A stretch of DNA of 64,000 nt from a virus: IMG/VR virus record IMGVR_UViG_3300010234_000004, positions 38,603-102,602 of that record; one strand, written 5' to 3'. Shown here in pieces: positions 51,636-59,683 of the stretch; position 1 is the stretch's first letter, and each line of letters starts with the position of its first letter. The notes below the pieces were generated by a model. That model did not search any database and was not told where the DNA came from. It worked only from the letters and a program-made list of their open reading frames with translations. Both the position numbers and the translations under genes were made by a program.

Positions 51636-51807
51636 ACACCTGATTCCTGACCTGTTTATTGACCTGATCCTCGACCTGATCCTCGACCTGATTCCTGACC
51701 TGAAGCCAGACCTGATTCCTGACCTGACCCCCGACCTGATTCCTGACCTGACCCCAGACGTGATCCTCGACCTGATTATAGACCTGAATCCTAACTGTCT
51801 TCATCAT
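51619..51807 (-). CDS. xxQV-repeat mini-protein B (62 aa)
   Basis: MMKTVRIQV..QVYDEVS*. Confidence 0.6.
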   Translation of the reverse strand: MMKTVRIQVYNQVEDHVWGQVRNQVGGQVRNQVWLQVRNQVEDQVEDQVNKQVRNQVYDEVS

Positions 51808-51988
51808 ACACCTGAATCTGGACCTGACGCCAGACCTGAACCCAGACCTGAACCCAGACCTGATTCCAGACCTGATCCTCGACCTGATCCTCGACCTGAT
51901 CCTCGACCTGATCCTCGACCTGACCCCAGACCTGATCCCAGACCTGATCCGCGACCTGATTATAGACCTGTCTCCTAACACTATTCAC
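51791..51988 (-). CDS. xxQV-repeat mini-protein A (65 aa)
   Basis: GTG start after GAGGAG; MNSVRRQV..QVYDEDS*. Confidence 0.6.
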   Translation of the reverse strand: MNSVRRQVYNQVADQVWDQVWGQVEDQVEDQVEDQVEDQVWNQVWVQVWVQVWRQVQIQVYDEDS

Positions 51989-53183
51989 TGATTTTCTCCT
52001 CGACCTGATTTCTTCCATTAGGGTCAACCCGCAAACCATACTCAGTCTTTTCATAATCATCATTAATCACAAGTCTTCGATTGAAACGTCTGTAATCCAC
52101 ATTATGGTGCCACCGTCCAAACTTTTTTACTACTTCTACACAGTCGGGATGCTGTTCCTGCAATGATTTAGCAAAACCCAACCTATCATCACCACCAAGG
52201 TATACCGAATCTGTGTTACCACCCCTGACCCTTTGAGTGGTTACCTTACCAGCCAAAAAACCATTCATTAGAATAGTGTTATATCCGGCCTTTAGAATCC
52301 GTAGAGATAGGTCAGTATCCTCATTAAAACGGCCTCGCCACATTTGTCCATTATCATCGCGAACACCTTCCAAATTCTTGTACATTAGCGTGCACGAATA
52401 TATTCGAGTGTTCAGATAATATGGAGGCACGTGATCGGTCTTCTTAGCAAATGAGTGATAGTTCAGGCCAGCCTGTCCGACGTTTGTGAAACGTGCGCTG
52501 TAGTCTTCCACCACCCTAAACATCGTGTCGGTTCTGGACACATATTTGGTGTTGTCATTCATGATATAGAATTCTTCGATGTTATCATCCATCAACCAAT
52601 AACGATCATGATCAGCTAACTCATCATTAACAAAATTTCTCACCGGAATGCTGCACCCGCTGTTTACATCAAAGTCACCAGTGACCACCCGATCACCCCA
52701 CCTCTCTTGATATAAGGCCATCTCAGAGGGTTCTACGACAATCTGATAGTCTGCACCCAACCTATCAAGACTGGCCGCTGTGATGCAGTTAGGACGCCCT
52801 TTTGATATGATATAGATCGGGCATCTGGGTTTGAGATTGCTATCAGAAACCCATGCAAAATCCCCCAATGTTCTGTCGAGTTGTGGATACCATACACTTT
52901 TGGTCTTATCCGTAATCGGTTGATCTAAAAGCTCAGATAACTTTTTATTACTAAAATCAGTGTCCACTTTGAACAGAGCAAAGGATTCGACCTTTCTCGA
53001 CACGAATGGTGGCATATCCGCATAGAACGGATCATCCAGATTATAATCCTTCTTAGGGTGCACCTTTCCATACTTCGGTCTGGCCCATGTATCAAACAGG
53101 GCATCAGTATTACCAAACCTCTCAGATATGTAATCAGTTGCTGACTGGTCGCCTGTTCTAATATTGAGAGTCCTCAATCCCAT
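51981..53183 (-). CDS. TET-associated/GREB1-like (T2/T6 beta-alpha-glucosyltransferase-like) glycosyltransferase with N-terminal extension
   Basis: PIYIISKGR; IVVEPSE; WLMDDNI; RIYSC; WRGRFNEDTDLSLR; GGNT; HHNVDY. Confidence 0.7.
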   Translation of the reverse strand: MGLRTLNIRTGDQSATDYISERFGNTDALFDTWARPKYGKVHPKKDYNLDDPFYADMPPFVSRKVESFALFKVDTDFSNKKLSELLDQPITDKTKSVWYPQLDRTLGDFAWVSDSNLKPRCPIYIISKGRPNCITAASLDRLGADYQIVVEPSEMALYQERWGDRVVTGDFDVNSGCSIPVRNFVNDELADHDRYWLMDDNIEEFYIMNDNTKYVSRTDTMFRVVEDYSARFTNVGQAGLNYHSFAKKTDHVPPYYLNTRIYSCTLMYKNLEGVRDDNGQMWRGRFNEDTDLSLRILKAGYNTILMNGFLAGKVTTQRVRGGNTDSVYLGGDDRLGFAKSLQEQHPDCVEVVKKFGRWHHNVDYRRFNRRLVINDDYEKTEYGLRVDPNGRNQVEEKISE

Positions 53184-53380
53184 TGCTTATAATCACCATT
53201 GTCTTCGTTTTCATAGAATCCCGCTGCATAGGCTTCGTACTCTTCCATATCCTCAAGGATTTCGATGCGTTCAGATGAACCAGTGGCACCCAAGTAGTAA
53301 TGAGGCGTGAAAGGTCGACGATAATAGGAATCCGCTGACCCTCTATCAAATGGTCCACCATGTCGCTTATCGTAAGACAT
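53174..53380 (-). CDS. Conserved phage hypothetical protein
   Basis: RHGGPFDRGSADSYYRR..PHYY..YAAGF..KQWD. Confidence 0.7.
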   Translation of the reverse strand: MSYDKRHGGPFDRGSADSYYRRPFTPHYYLGATGSSERIEILEDMEEYEAYAAGFYENEDNGDYKQWD

Positions 53381-53389
53381 TTTATTCCT

Positions 53390-53473
53390 TTACGTTAGAG
53401 CAAGGGAGGCAATAGCGAATCCCATAATGAATGTAGCGAATACTAATCCGCCAAGAATGTTTTTGAACGTCAT
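53390..53473 (-). CDS. 27-aa hydrophobic peptide
   Basis: Hand-translated MTFKNILGGLVFATFIMGFAIASLALT*, AAGGA RBS. Confidence 0.45.
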   Translation of the reverse strand: MTFKNILGGLVFATFIMGFAIASLALT

Positions 53474-53589
53474 TTCTTTTCCTTCGCCGTTTCAATGATA
53501 TCCCTAGCCAGATATCTTTCATGTGGACTACTGTCCGACCATAATGCATCCATTATAGCCTTTGCTTCAGCCTCTGTCAATATTATCAT
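53470..53589 (-). CDS. 39-aa hypothetical protein
   Basis: Hand-translated MIILTEAEAKAIMDALW..; ATGA-coupled to next gene. Confidence 0.45.
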   Translation of the reverse strand: MIILTEAEAKAIMDALWSDSSPHERYLARDIIETAKEKK

Positions 53590-53597
53590 TATTTTTC

Positions 53598-53825
53598 CTA
53601 TCCAGTGATGTATTTAGAGTTGACACCCGCTTGGCGACGGAAACCGTTCCAAGCCTTGTTGGCGCGAAAGAAAGCGATGTTGATTGCTTTCTTGGCGTCT
53701 TCACCGCTTAGGTCGCAATCCCATGCGGCGTCATTTGCAGCTTCCTGCTCATCACCGCAAAAGTCGCGGCAGTTGATGATACGCTGTTTGATGGTGTCAA
53801 TTTTAATTTCTGAGATAAATGCCAT
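53598..53825 (-). CDS. Hypothetical early protein
   Basis: GAGGA RBS; CRDFCGD; follows early cassette. Confidence 0.6.
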   Translation of the reverse strand: MAFISEIKIDTIKQRIINCRDFCGDEQEAANDAAWDCDLSGEDAKKAINIAFFRANKAWNGFRRQAGVNSKYITG

Positions 53826-53910
53826 TTCCGCTATTCCTCTGTGCATGTCGGTTTCTGACCCCTTTATGTCATAGAAAAAGGGGGCTGTAAACCCCCTTAA
53901 TGCATTTTTT
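53826..53910 (-). promoter_or_regulatory. Early promoter stem-loop cassette, copy 4
   Basis: GGGGGTTTACAGCCCCC hairpin; TTTACA-17-CATAAA-GGGGTCAGAAAC. Confidence 0.7.
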
Positions 53911-53928
53911 TGAAGAAATTTGAATAAA

Positions 53929-54342
53929 TTAGCCCTTCACGTCCAGCATCAGCACCTGTGGAGTTTTCTTCAATTGGAAGGCCACGTCCAAACGAGTGTT
54001 ACCAGCGAGAACTCGCATCTGACCGTTTGGATAGCGCAGAACCAATGGCATGGTCATACTTTTGTTACTACCGATGCGGTCATACAGGTTGTCCAGAGTC
54101 TTCTCGTTACGAAATTCGGGATACGAGCGATACGATTTGATCAGGCTCAAGAGGGACTCTTTACTACCCGTGCGAGAGCGATAAGCGATCTTACGATCAA
54201 CGGATGAGGAAAGCTTTACTACTTCACCCTCTTTAGCCATCTTGATGAACTCAGCTTCGCTATCAACAAAGCGGTGTCCCTTGAGTACCACTTCAACGTG
54301 ATATTCTTGCTTCAAGTCTTTGGTGGTTGGTTTGATCCACAT
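53929..54342 (-). CDS. ParB/Srx-like fold protein
   Basis: MPLVL..VLAGNTRL motif. Confidence 0.5.
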   Translation of the reverse strand: MWIKPTTKDLKQEYHVEVVLKGHRFVDSEAEFIKMAKEGEVVKLSSSVDRKIAYRSRTGSKESLLSLIKSYRSYPEFRNEKTLDNLYDRIGSNKSMTMPLVLRYPNGQMRVLAGNTRLDVAFQLKKTPQVLMLDVKG

Positions 54343-54380
54343 TTTAGCGATCCTTTGAAATTGGTGATTGTCTCAACTAC

Positions 54381-54581
54381 TTATAACCCTTCATACTCAT
54401 CAGCAAAGGTATCGAACATCCGCTGATATACCACACCAGGAAAGAAACTGCCGACCTCGCGGTAAACGTCAGCGTCAACGTAATCCCAGTTAACCGTATT
54501 ATCCTCGTTACGGTTTTCAGTGTTGCCGACTGCCTCATTAAAGGCAACAGCAAATGCTGGGTGAACTTCAAAATATGTCAT
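54381..54581 (-). CDS. Hypothetical protein
   Basis: AAGGA RBS; ENRNED..VNWDYVDADVY. Confidence 0.65.
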   Translation of the reverse strand: MTYFEVHPAFAVAFNEAVGNTENRNEDNTVNWDYVDADVYREVGSFFPGVVYQRMFDTFADEYEGL

Positions 54582-54602
54582 AATATACTTTATCCTTTTG
54601 AG

Positions 54603-54872
54603 TTAAGCTACTTCTCTATCCCAGCAGTAGCATCCATCTTCACCGACAATCAATTTAGCGTCGAGAGTGTCTTGATTATTTTTAGCCCAAGCATTGAACT
54701 GCTTGGCGATTTCCAGACCGGACTTTCTTTCGGAAACGTCGATTGAGCGGAAGGAGCCATTCTCTGAAATTACACTGTAGGCCTCACCTTGGTACTCTTC
54801 AACTGTGTAGTATTTATTTGCTTCTGTTGTGATGAAGTATCTGTGATCGCTTTTCTTTTCGATGGTGAACAT
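54603..54872 (-). CDS. Hypothetical early protein
   Basis: Follows early cassette copy 5. Confidence 0.6.
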   Translation of the reverse strand: MFTIEKKSDHRYFITTEANKYYTVEEYQGEAYSVISENGSFRSIDVSERKSGLEIAKQFNAWAKNNQDTLDAKLIVGEDGCYCWDREVA

Positions 54873-54950
54873 GTCGTTTTCTCTCTATCTTGTTTCTGAC
54901 CTCTTTATGACATAAGAAATAGGGGTCGTCAACCCCCCTTTTGAATTATT
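54873..54950 (-). promoter_or_regulatory. Early promoter stem-loop cassette, copy 5
   Basis: GGGGGGTTGACGACCCC; TTGACG-17-CATAAA. Confidence 0.75.
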
Positions 54951-54981
54951 TTTTGTGTTCATCCCACCACATATATGTCAT
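54946..54981 (-). pseudogene. Chimeric mini-ORF MTYMWWDEHKK (recombination scar)
   Basis: RBS+MTY matches gene 54381-54581; TYMWWDEHKK* matches end of gene 55222-55587. Confidence 0.8.
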
Positions 54982-54998
54982 AATATAATCCTTTTGAG

Positions 54999-55148
54999 TT
55001 ATACAGATTCAGTGCGAACAGTCATACCTTTGGCCTGCATTTCAGCAACCTTTGCATCGATCTGTTCTTGATTGTCCGTTACTAGGACTTCCACCCACTC
55101 TTTACGAGTGAGGTGAGCGAATGAAGATTTGAAGTACACTGAAGTCAT
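54999..55148 (-). CDS. Hypothetical early protein (49 aa)
   Basis: MTSVYFKSSF.. after cassette copy 6. Confidence 0.6.
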   Translation of the reverse strand: MTSVYFKSSFAHLTRKEWVEVLVTDNQEQIDAKVAEMQAKGMTVRTESV

Positions 55149-55228
55149 GATGTTCTCTCTCTGTTTGTTTCTGACACCTTGATAGCATAGAAAAAGGGGG
55201 GTCGTCAACCCCCCTTCTGAATTATTTT
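55149..55228 (-). promoter_or_regulatory. Early promoter stem-loop cassette, copy 6
   Basis: GGGGGTTGACGACCCCC; TTGACG-17-TATCAA-GGTGTCAGAAAC. Confidence 0.75.
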
Positions 55229-55587
55229 TTATGTTCATCCCACCACATATATGTCTGATCTCCATATAGATCGGTCTGAACATTATACATCACTCTCCAC
55301 ATATTATTATACGCAGCATGACGGAAATCTTCATCAACGGAATCCTTGAAGTTATCATAATCAATATCATTAATTCGTGTAGATATAAGATCAGCCACCA
55401 CTGCCTTCGGGACAAACACCCTAAACCGATAGTCACTATCATCTGTCTCGATAATTGGAGCTTCAAAATTGGTCGTGTCGAATACGTTATGGAGATCATC
55501 ACGTACTCGCGCACGTACAACCGCCCCATCAGGATTATTCCGATCCTGTACTACACTCAAAAATGAGTCATTCATTGTAATCCACAT
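55222..55587 (-). CDS. Conserved phage hypothetical protein
   Basis: MWI..FLSVV..VRAR..DYRFR..IDYDNFK. Confidence 0.7.
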   Translation of the reverse strand: MWITMNDSFLSVVQDRNNPDGAVVRARVRDDLHNVFDTTNFEAPIIETDDSDYRFRVFVPKAVVADLISTRINDIDYDNFKDSVDEDFRHAAYNNMWRVMYNVQTDLYGDQTYMWWDEHKK

Positions 55588-55614
55588 TTGTTATTCCTTT
55601 CATAAAATTTAATC

Positions 55615-55643
55615 ATTATACCACAATCGAGACCAAAAATCAA
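55615..55643 (-). promoter_or_regulatory. Sigma70-type promoter with extended -10
   Basis: TTGATT-17-TATAAT with TGTG. Confidence 0.6.
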
Positions 55644-56335
55644 GGCCTAATATTGTAATACTGCCATTTAGCGTTATGGAAGTCTTCGAAATAATCGCCA
55701 CCAGTGCGTTCTTTATATCTGGCGGCGTATAGGTCATATTTATCAGGATGGTGCTTCATACACCAATCTGGTGGCTGTAAGACCACATCATCCTTGACCT
55801 GATCCCAAACGAAATACTGCTCACCATGGCCCATAACGCTTACCGTTCCATTTTCATAATATTTCATCCGGTGGTGCGCGACATCCTCCATATAAGTGTC
55901 ATATACGTGTTTCCAGTTGTGGCTCTTGAATTTGTAGAAGTTGCCCGAAATCAGGCAATCGTTATCTCGCCACCACCGATCTGTCGAAACGAATTCATCA
56001 TCCTTCACTTCCCACTCAATAACGTCCCACGGTTCAATCCACTCCATATCAATATCGAGAATGATGGTTTCATCACCCTTCTTCACACCACGGATATATT
56101 TCGGATCGAAGAAGAAAATCTTTGACCAATGCTCGTGATGTGCAATGTCTTCTGGGGGAAATTGATATGTGTTAGCGTATTCTGGTGCTGTATTCGGCGT
56201 GTCAGTTAGAATATGGAATTTAGTGTTTTCTGAATTATCACGTATCGCATCACAAGTTGAATGCACAAGCTCATTTGCGTCCATACCCTGAACCGTGTAG
56301 CCATATTTGACCATACAGACATGGGTCGCCTTCAT
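55640..56335 (-). CDS. GT-A fold glycosyltransferase
   Basis: HVCMVKYG; FHILTD; WSKIFFF; ILDIDM; GEQYFV. Confidence 0.7.
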   Translation of the reverse strand: MKATHVCMVKYGYTVQGMDANELVHSTCDAIRDNSENTKFHILTDTPNTAPEYANTYQFPPEDIAHHEHWSKIFFFDPKYIRGVKKGDETIILDIDMEWIEPWDVIEWEVKDDEFVSTDRWWRDNDCLISGNFYKFKSHNWKHVYDTYMEDVAHHRMKYYENGTVSVMGHGEQYFVWDQVKDDVVLQPPDWCMKHHPDKYDLYAARYKERTGGDYFEDFHNAKWQYYNIRP

Positions 56336-56571
56336 GAATCCATTATACCCTTCAAATGCTGTTCAAACGCCTCAATCTTGGCCACCCGATCCGGCCACAA
56401 AATGTACTCCTTTTCAGGATTGGCCTTCAGGTTTGTCAATAGAAGGGATATGGCGTCAAACATCTCAACGCTTTTCTTGTCTGCCTGCTCAACCGTGGCG
56501 ACAGACTCTTTGTAAACGTCCAACTCATCATGATTGACCGTAGTGAATCCGAAATCAAATATCTCTGTCAT
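56332..56571 (-). CDS. Conserved T4-like phage hypothetical protein
   Basis: FDFGFT..NLKANPEKEYILWPDR. Confidence 0.7.
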   Translation of the reverse strand: MTEIFDFGFTTVNHDELDVYKESVATVEQADKKSVEMFDAISLLLTNLKANPEKEYILWPDRVAKIEAFEQHLKGIMDS

Positions 56572-57014
56572 AACACATCTCTATGCTTGTTAATGTAAAC
56601 CCAATTGATGAAGTCCATATATGCATCTTGGGCCATAACTTCGGCATCATTCCATTCTGTGAATTCGAAATTATATTTCGTTGGGGAGACGAACATTTTA
56701 TTCGTATCGTCAAACCGACCTTCCTCAATGCAATTCATCCAGATCACGTAATCTGCACCAAACTCTTTACGCGTTTCCTCCGTTGGACACACAAAGTCCA
56801 CCAAGGCTGTTTTACCAGCCATAACGATACCATCGGACAAATAGCGCATACGAGCAGCCTGCCGAATACGACCCTCAGTTGAAAAATCCCAGTCGTCGTA
56901 TTTTTTCCTGACCTCATCAGCGTTCACTCGAACCGAAGATATATGCTTTTCTAACCCATCAGCAAGCGTGGTTTTTCCCGACCCCGGCAACCCACATACC
57001 AAAATCTTCATCAT
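56568..57014 (-). CDS. cysC: Adenylylsulfate (APS) kinase-like
   Basis: GLPGSGKTTLA; NADEVR..DWDFSTEGRIRQ; DFVCP. Confidence 0.75.
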   Translation of the reverse strand: MMKILVCGLPGSGKTTLADGLEKHISSVRVNADEVRKKYDDWDFSTEGRIRQAARMRYLSDGIVMAGKTALVDFVCPTEETRKEFGADYVIWMNCIEEGRFDDTNKMFVSPTKYNFEFTEWNDAEVMAQDAYMDFINWVYINKHRDVL

Positions 57015-57625
57015 GTCACCTTTTTACTCTTATTTCTGATTACCATTTCAACGTTGTCTGGGAGTTCAATCTTCGGCACATCCTTATAGTAGTAAATTTT
57101 AAATTTCCGATCCTTGAATTCTTTGAACAGCAATGCCCAAACAGGCCTCCAGTTATCAGCCAATCGGCGACTATTCTCAACTGAGCGGTCACTGTTTAGA
57201 TAAAAATCTGTTACGCTCTGGAGATCAATGCTGAACATGGAGTCGAATCCATACATATGAATCACGTCGGCATTCTTCTTGGTCAGTAGATAATAAGCGC
57301 CCATGTGACCACAATTAAATGTTGTATAGTCTGGACAGTAATCAGGCATGTCCGTGAACATCTCACGAATCTGACCCGAATATTTCATGTAGAACGCAGG
57401 ATAGGTTTCAGTCCATATTTTCGGGCGGGCACCAATAATCCACTCACCCGGGACCGTCACCGATCCATCGGCTATTGCGTTCATCATCTTAAAATCGACC
57501 ATGAATGTCGCCTTAGCATTCGGTACTGCAAACGGGGGTAAATTGCACGTGTACACCTCCCCAGCCTCATCCGGATCATATAGACCAGCAGATTTACCAT
57601 TGCCTAATAGATGAAATTCATTCAT
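57011..57625 (-). CDS. Sialyltransferase/Maf-like (GT29/GT42-type fold) protein
   Basis: LLGNGKS; CN; NCGHMGA; IHMYGFDS. Confidence 0.5.
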   Translation of the reverse strand: MNEFHLLGNGKSAGLYDPDEAGEVYTCNLPPFAVPNAKATFMVDFKMMNAIADGSVTVPGEWIIGARPKIWTETYPAFYMKYSGQIREMFTDMPDYCPDYTTFNCGHMGAYYLLTKKNADVIHMYGFDSMFSIDLQSVTDFYLNSDRSVENSRRLADNWRPVWALLFKEFKDRKFKIYYYKDVPKIELPDNVEMVIRNKSKKVT

Positions 57626-57630
57626 TTTAT

Positions 57631-58299
57631 TTATTCCCTTATACCATTCTCAATGGTACTTAGCTGCCTTGTAATTTCATCATTTCCCCTCTGACCAGTC
57701 CAATGCATGACCCGAACACGCTTCGGACACGTGTTATCCTGAATTTGGAGTCGTAGAACGTTATATTCATTTGGTAGAGTAGTAATAAAAACCATCTTGG
57801 CCAATGGACTCATCATTGAATGAAGCACTTCTTGATCCCCCACAAGATTGGTTTCCCGACACCGATCTCTCCAATCCAACAGAACATCAGGAACGCCATT
57901 CTTGTTGGTGTAGGCGATGACTCCAGAGTTGTACCATTCACCCGATTCCGGTCGTCTGGTTGTCCATGGCTGATCAATCGCCATGGACAACTTATGGTCT
58001 TCAACCTTATCGAAAATGTCGCTGATATCGTCTCTGATCTCACAATCAGTATCCAGCCAGCATATATTTTCAGCGAATGCAGACGCTTGAACCAAAGCGG
58101 CGGTCTTTTTGAACCACCCCTTCATGGATTCTGCACCTCTAAGGCTCTTTCGCATGTTTGCAAATTGAGATGACCTCTCCATACCGAAGTCATATATGAT
58201 TAGCTCTTCGTTTGGCATGTGCCTTTGGAAGTTCTTGACGAACCAAGGTAATTGCCATTCAGTATTAGAATCACAACCTGTTATGAATAGTCTACTCAT
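57631..58299 (-). CDS. GT8-like glycosyltransferase
   Basis: WLDTDCE; YNSGVI; GDQEVL; LPNEYNVLR; MHWTG. Confidence 0.8.
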   Translation of the reverse strand: MSRLFITGCDSNTEWQLPWFVKNFQRHMPNEELIIYDFGMERSSQFANMRKSLRGAESMKGWFKKTAALVQASAFAENICWLDTDCEIRDDISDIFDKVEDHKLSMAIDQPWTTRRPESGEWYNSGVIAYTNKNGVPDVLLDWRDRCRETNLVGDQEVLHSMMSPLAKMVFITTLPNEYNVLRLQIQDNTCPKRVRVMHWTGQRGNDEITRQLSTIENGIRE

Positions 58300-58491
58300 T
58301 CATTCACTCCTGACCTGAACCCAGACCTGAACCCAGACCTGATTCCAGACCTGATCCTCGACCTGATCCTCGACCTGACCCCTGACCTGACCACAGACCT
58401 GATCCTCGACCTGACCCCAGACATGGTCCTCGACCTGAAAACAGACCTGATCCCAGACCTGACCACAGACCTGATTCCTAACCGATTTCAT
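58300..58491 (-). CDS. xxQV-repeat mini-protein I (63 aa), locus 2
   Basis: MKSVRNQVCGQVWDQVCFQV..QVRSE*. Confidence 0.6.
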   Translation of the reverse strand: MKSVRNQVCGQVWDQVCFQVEDHVWGQVEDQVCGQVRGQVEDQVEDQVWNQVWVQVWVQVRSE

Positions 58492-59449
58492 CAGTGATAC
58501 GTTTTCGGGCCAACTCGATGGCCGCATCCTGTGGATCATCCTCATGAGTGACCAACCTGACAATTTCGCGAAGACTGTCAAAATCTCCCGTTGTCATTTC
58601 TTTGTTCAAAGCAACTGCCATGACTCCACCAGCATTCGCCACAAAATCGGGAACGTAGTAGAATTTCTCAGACGCCCATTCCTGAACCTGTTTAGAAGAA
58701 AACTGATTGTTAGCCGCTCCACAGATAAATTCAACTGTCAAATCAGCGAAGTTATCCTCATTGATCGCCCCACCTAAAGCGCAAGGCGCGAAAACATCAG
58801 CCGCAATGTTATAGATATCCTTCTCAGAAACCATATTCACACCATCCATTTCTTTTACTACTGGATCGTATGCGTTAATGGTCACACCGTCAGCCAATAG
58901 TAATTTAGTAAGCTTAGAGCCGACTTTACCAAGACCTTGAATGTTGACAATGGTCTCATTTAGTGGAACGTCACTATTATAACGTCCAAGCAGTTCCATC
59001 ATGCACGCGTATACGCCCATGGCCGTAGGACCAGAACTATCGATGTCGATCCCGCCAACCCACTTAGTGGATTTCTGGATCATGCGAAGATCGTGTTCAT
59101 CAGTGCCGACATCGCCTGCAATGATATATGTGCCACTCAAAGTATTAATGAAATTGCCCAGCCGCTCGAACGCCAGATCGCGGTTCTTGATTTTTGACGC
59201 ATCGACAGCAGTTTTACCGCCACCATGATTAATACCGCACGCCGAATTCTTATGGGTCATGCCTTCAGCCAACCGTAGAACGTCGTTAAACTGTGCGGCC
59301 TCGTCTTCATAAACCATACACCGACAACCGCCCAAGGCTGGACCCAGTTTGGTATTGTGTATCGCGACTAATGCGAATAGTCCCGATTCCTCATCCTCAA
59401 CCCGAAATATCGCCTCGAACCCAGGATGACTGATATAAGCACTTTTCAT
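58478..59449 (-). CDS. Glu/Leu/Phe/Val dehydrogenase (leucine dehydrogenase-like)
   Basis: IHNTKLGPALGGCR; LAEGMTHK; GGGK; QGLGKVG; FAPCALG; GAANNQ; PDFVANAGG. Confidence 0.9.
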   Translation of the reverse strand: MKSAYISHPGFEAIFRVEDEESGLFALVAIHNTKLGPALGGCRCMVYEDEAAQFNDVLRLAEGMTHKNSACGINHGGGKTAVDASKIKNRDLAFERLGNFINTLSGTYIIAGDVGTDEHDLRMIQKSTKWVGGIDIDSSGPTAMGVYACMMELLGRYNSDVPLNETIVNIQGLGKVGSKLTKLLLADGVTINAYDPVVKEMDGVNMVSEKDIYNIAADVFAPCALGGAINEDNFADLTVEFICGAANNQFSSKQVQEWASEKFYYVPDFVANAGGVMAVALNKEMTTGDFDSLREIVRLVTHEDDPQDAAIELARKRITDEIG

Positions 59450-59461
59450 TTTTAGACACTC

Positions 59462-59683
59462 CTATTTATTATAAACCACAATCTCACATGAATCCCAATC
59501 CCCGAAGAGATCGTCAGGCTCAAAATAATCCGAACACGTATAGCGAGTGATCTTACCAGAGATCGAGTTGAAATTTTTATCATTCGAACCATGATCATGA
59601 TTATTAAGGTGCAATAGAAAGGATACGCATACGAGCAGCAAGCTCACAAGAATCATGGTATTAGTAGTGGTCATTTTTATCAT
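59462..59683 (-). CDS. Small membrane-anchored hypothetical protein
   Basis: N-terminal hydrophobic helix. Confidence 0.5.
   Translation of the reverse strand: MIKMTTTNTMILVSLLLVCVSFLLHLNNHDHGSNDKNFNSISGKITRYTCSDYFEPDDLFGDWDSCEIVVYNK

Larger units (their letters stand above)
50683..52010 (-). repeat. 12-nt periodic array (CAGGTC + variable hexamer), locus 1
   Basis: GACCTG every 12 nt on + strand for about 1.3 kb, punctuated by conserved gene junctions. Confidence 0.95.

Noticed and set aside
50861-51978. Alternative-frame ORFs (RSGI/RSRI extensions, PDL and RPDP repeats)
   Set aside because: Shadows of the 12-nt repeat. Only the QV frame has consistent starts, stops and junctions.
50683-52010. 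CRISPR array interpretation of the repeat region
   Set aside because: Period is 12 nt with a 6-nt constant part and reused variable hexamers. There are no 25-45 nt repeats or unique spacers and no cas genes.
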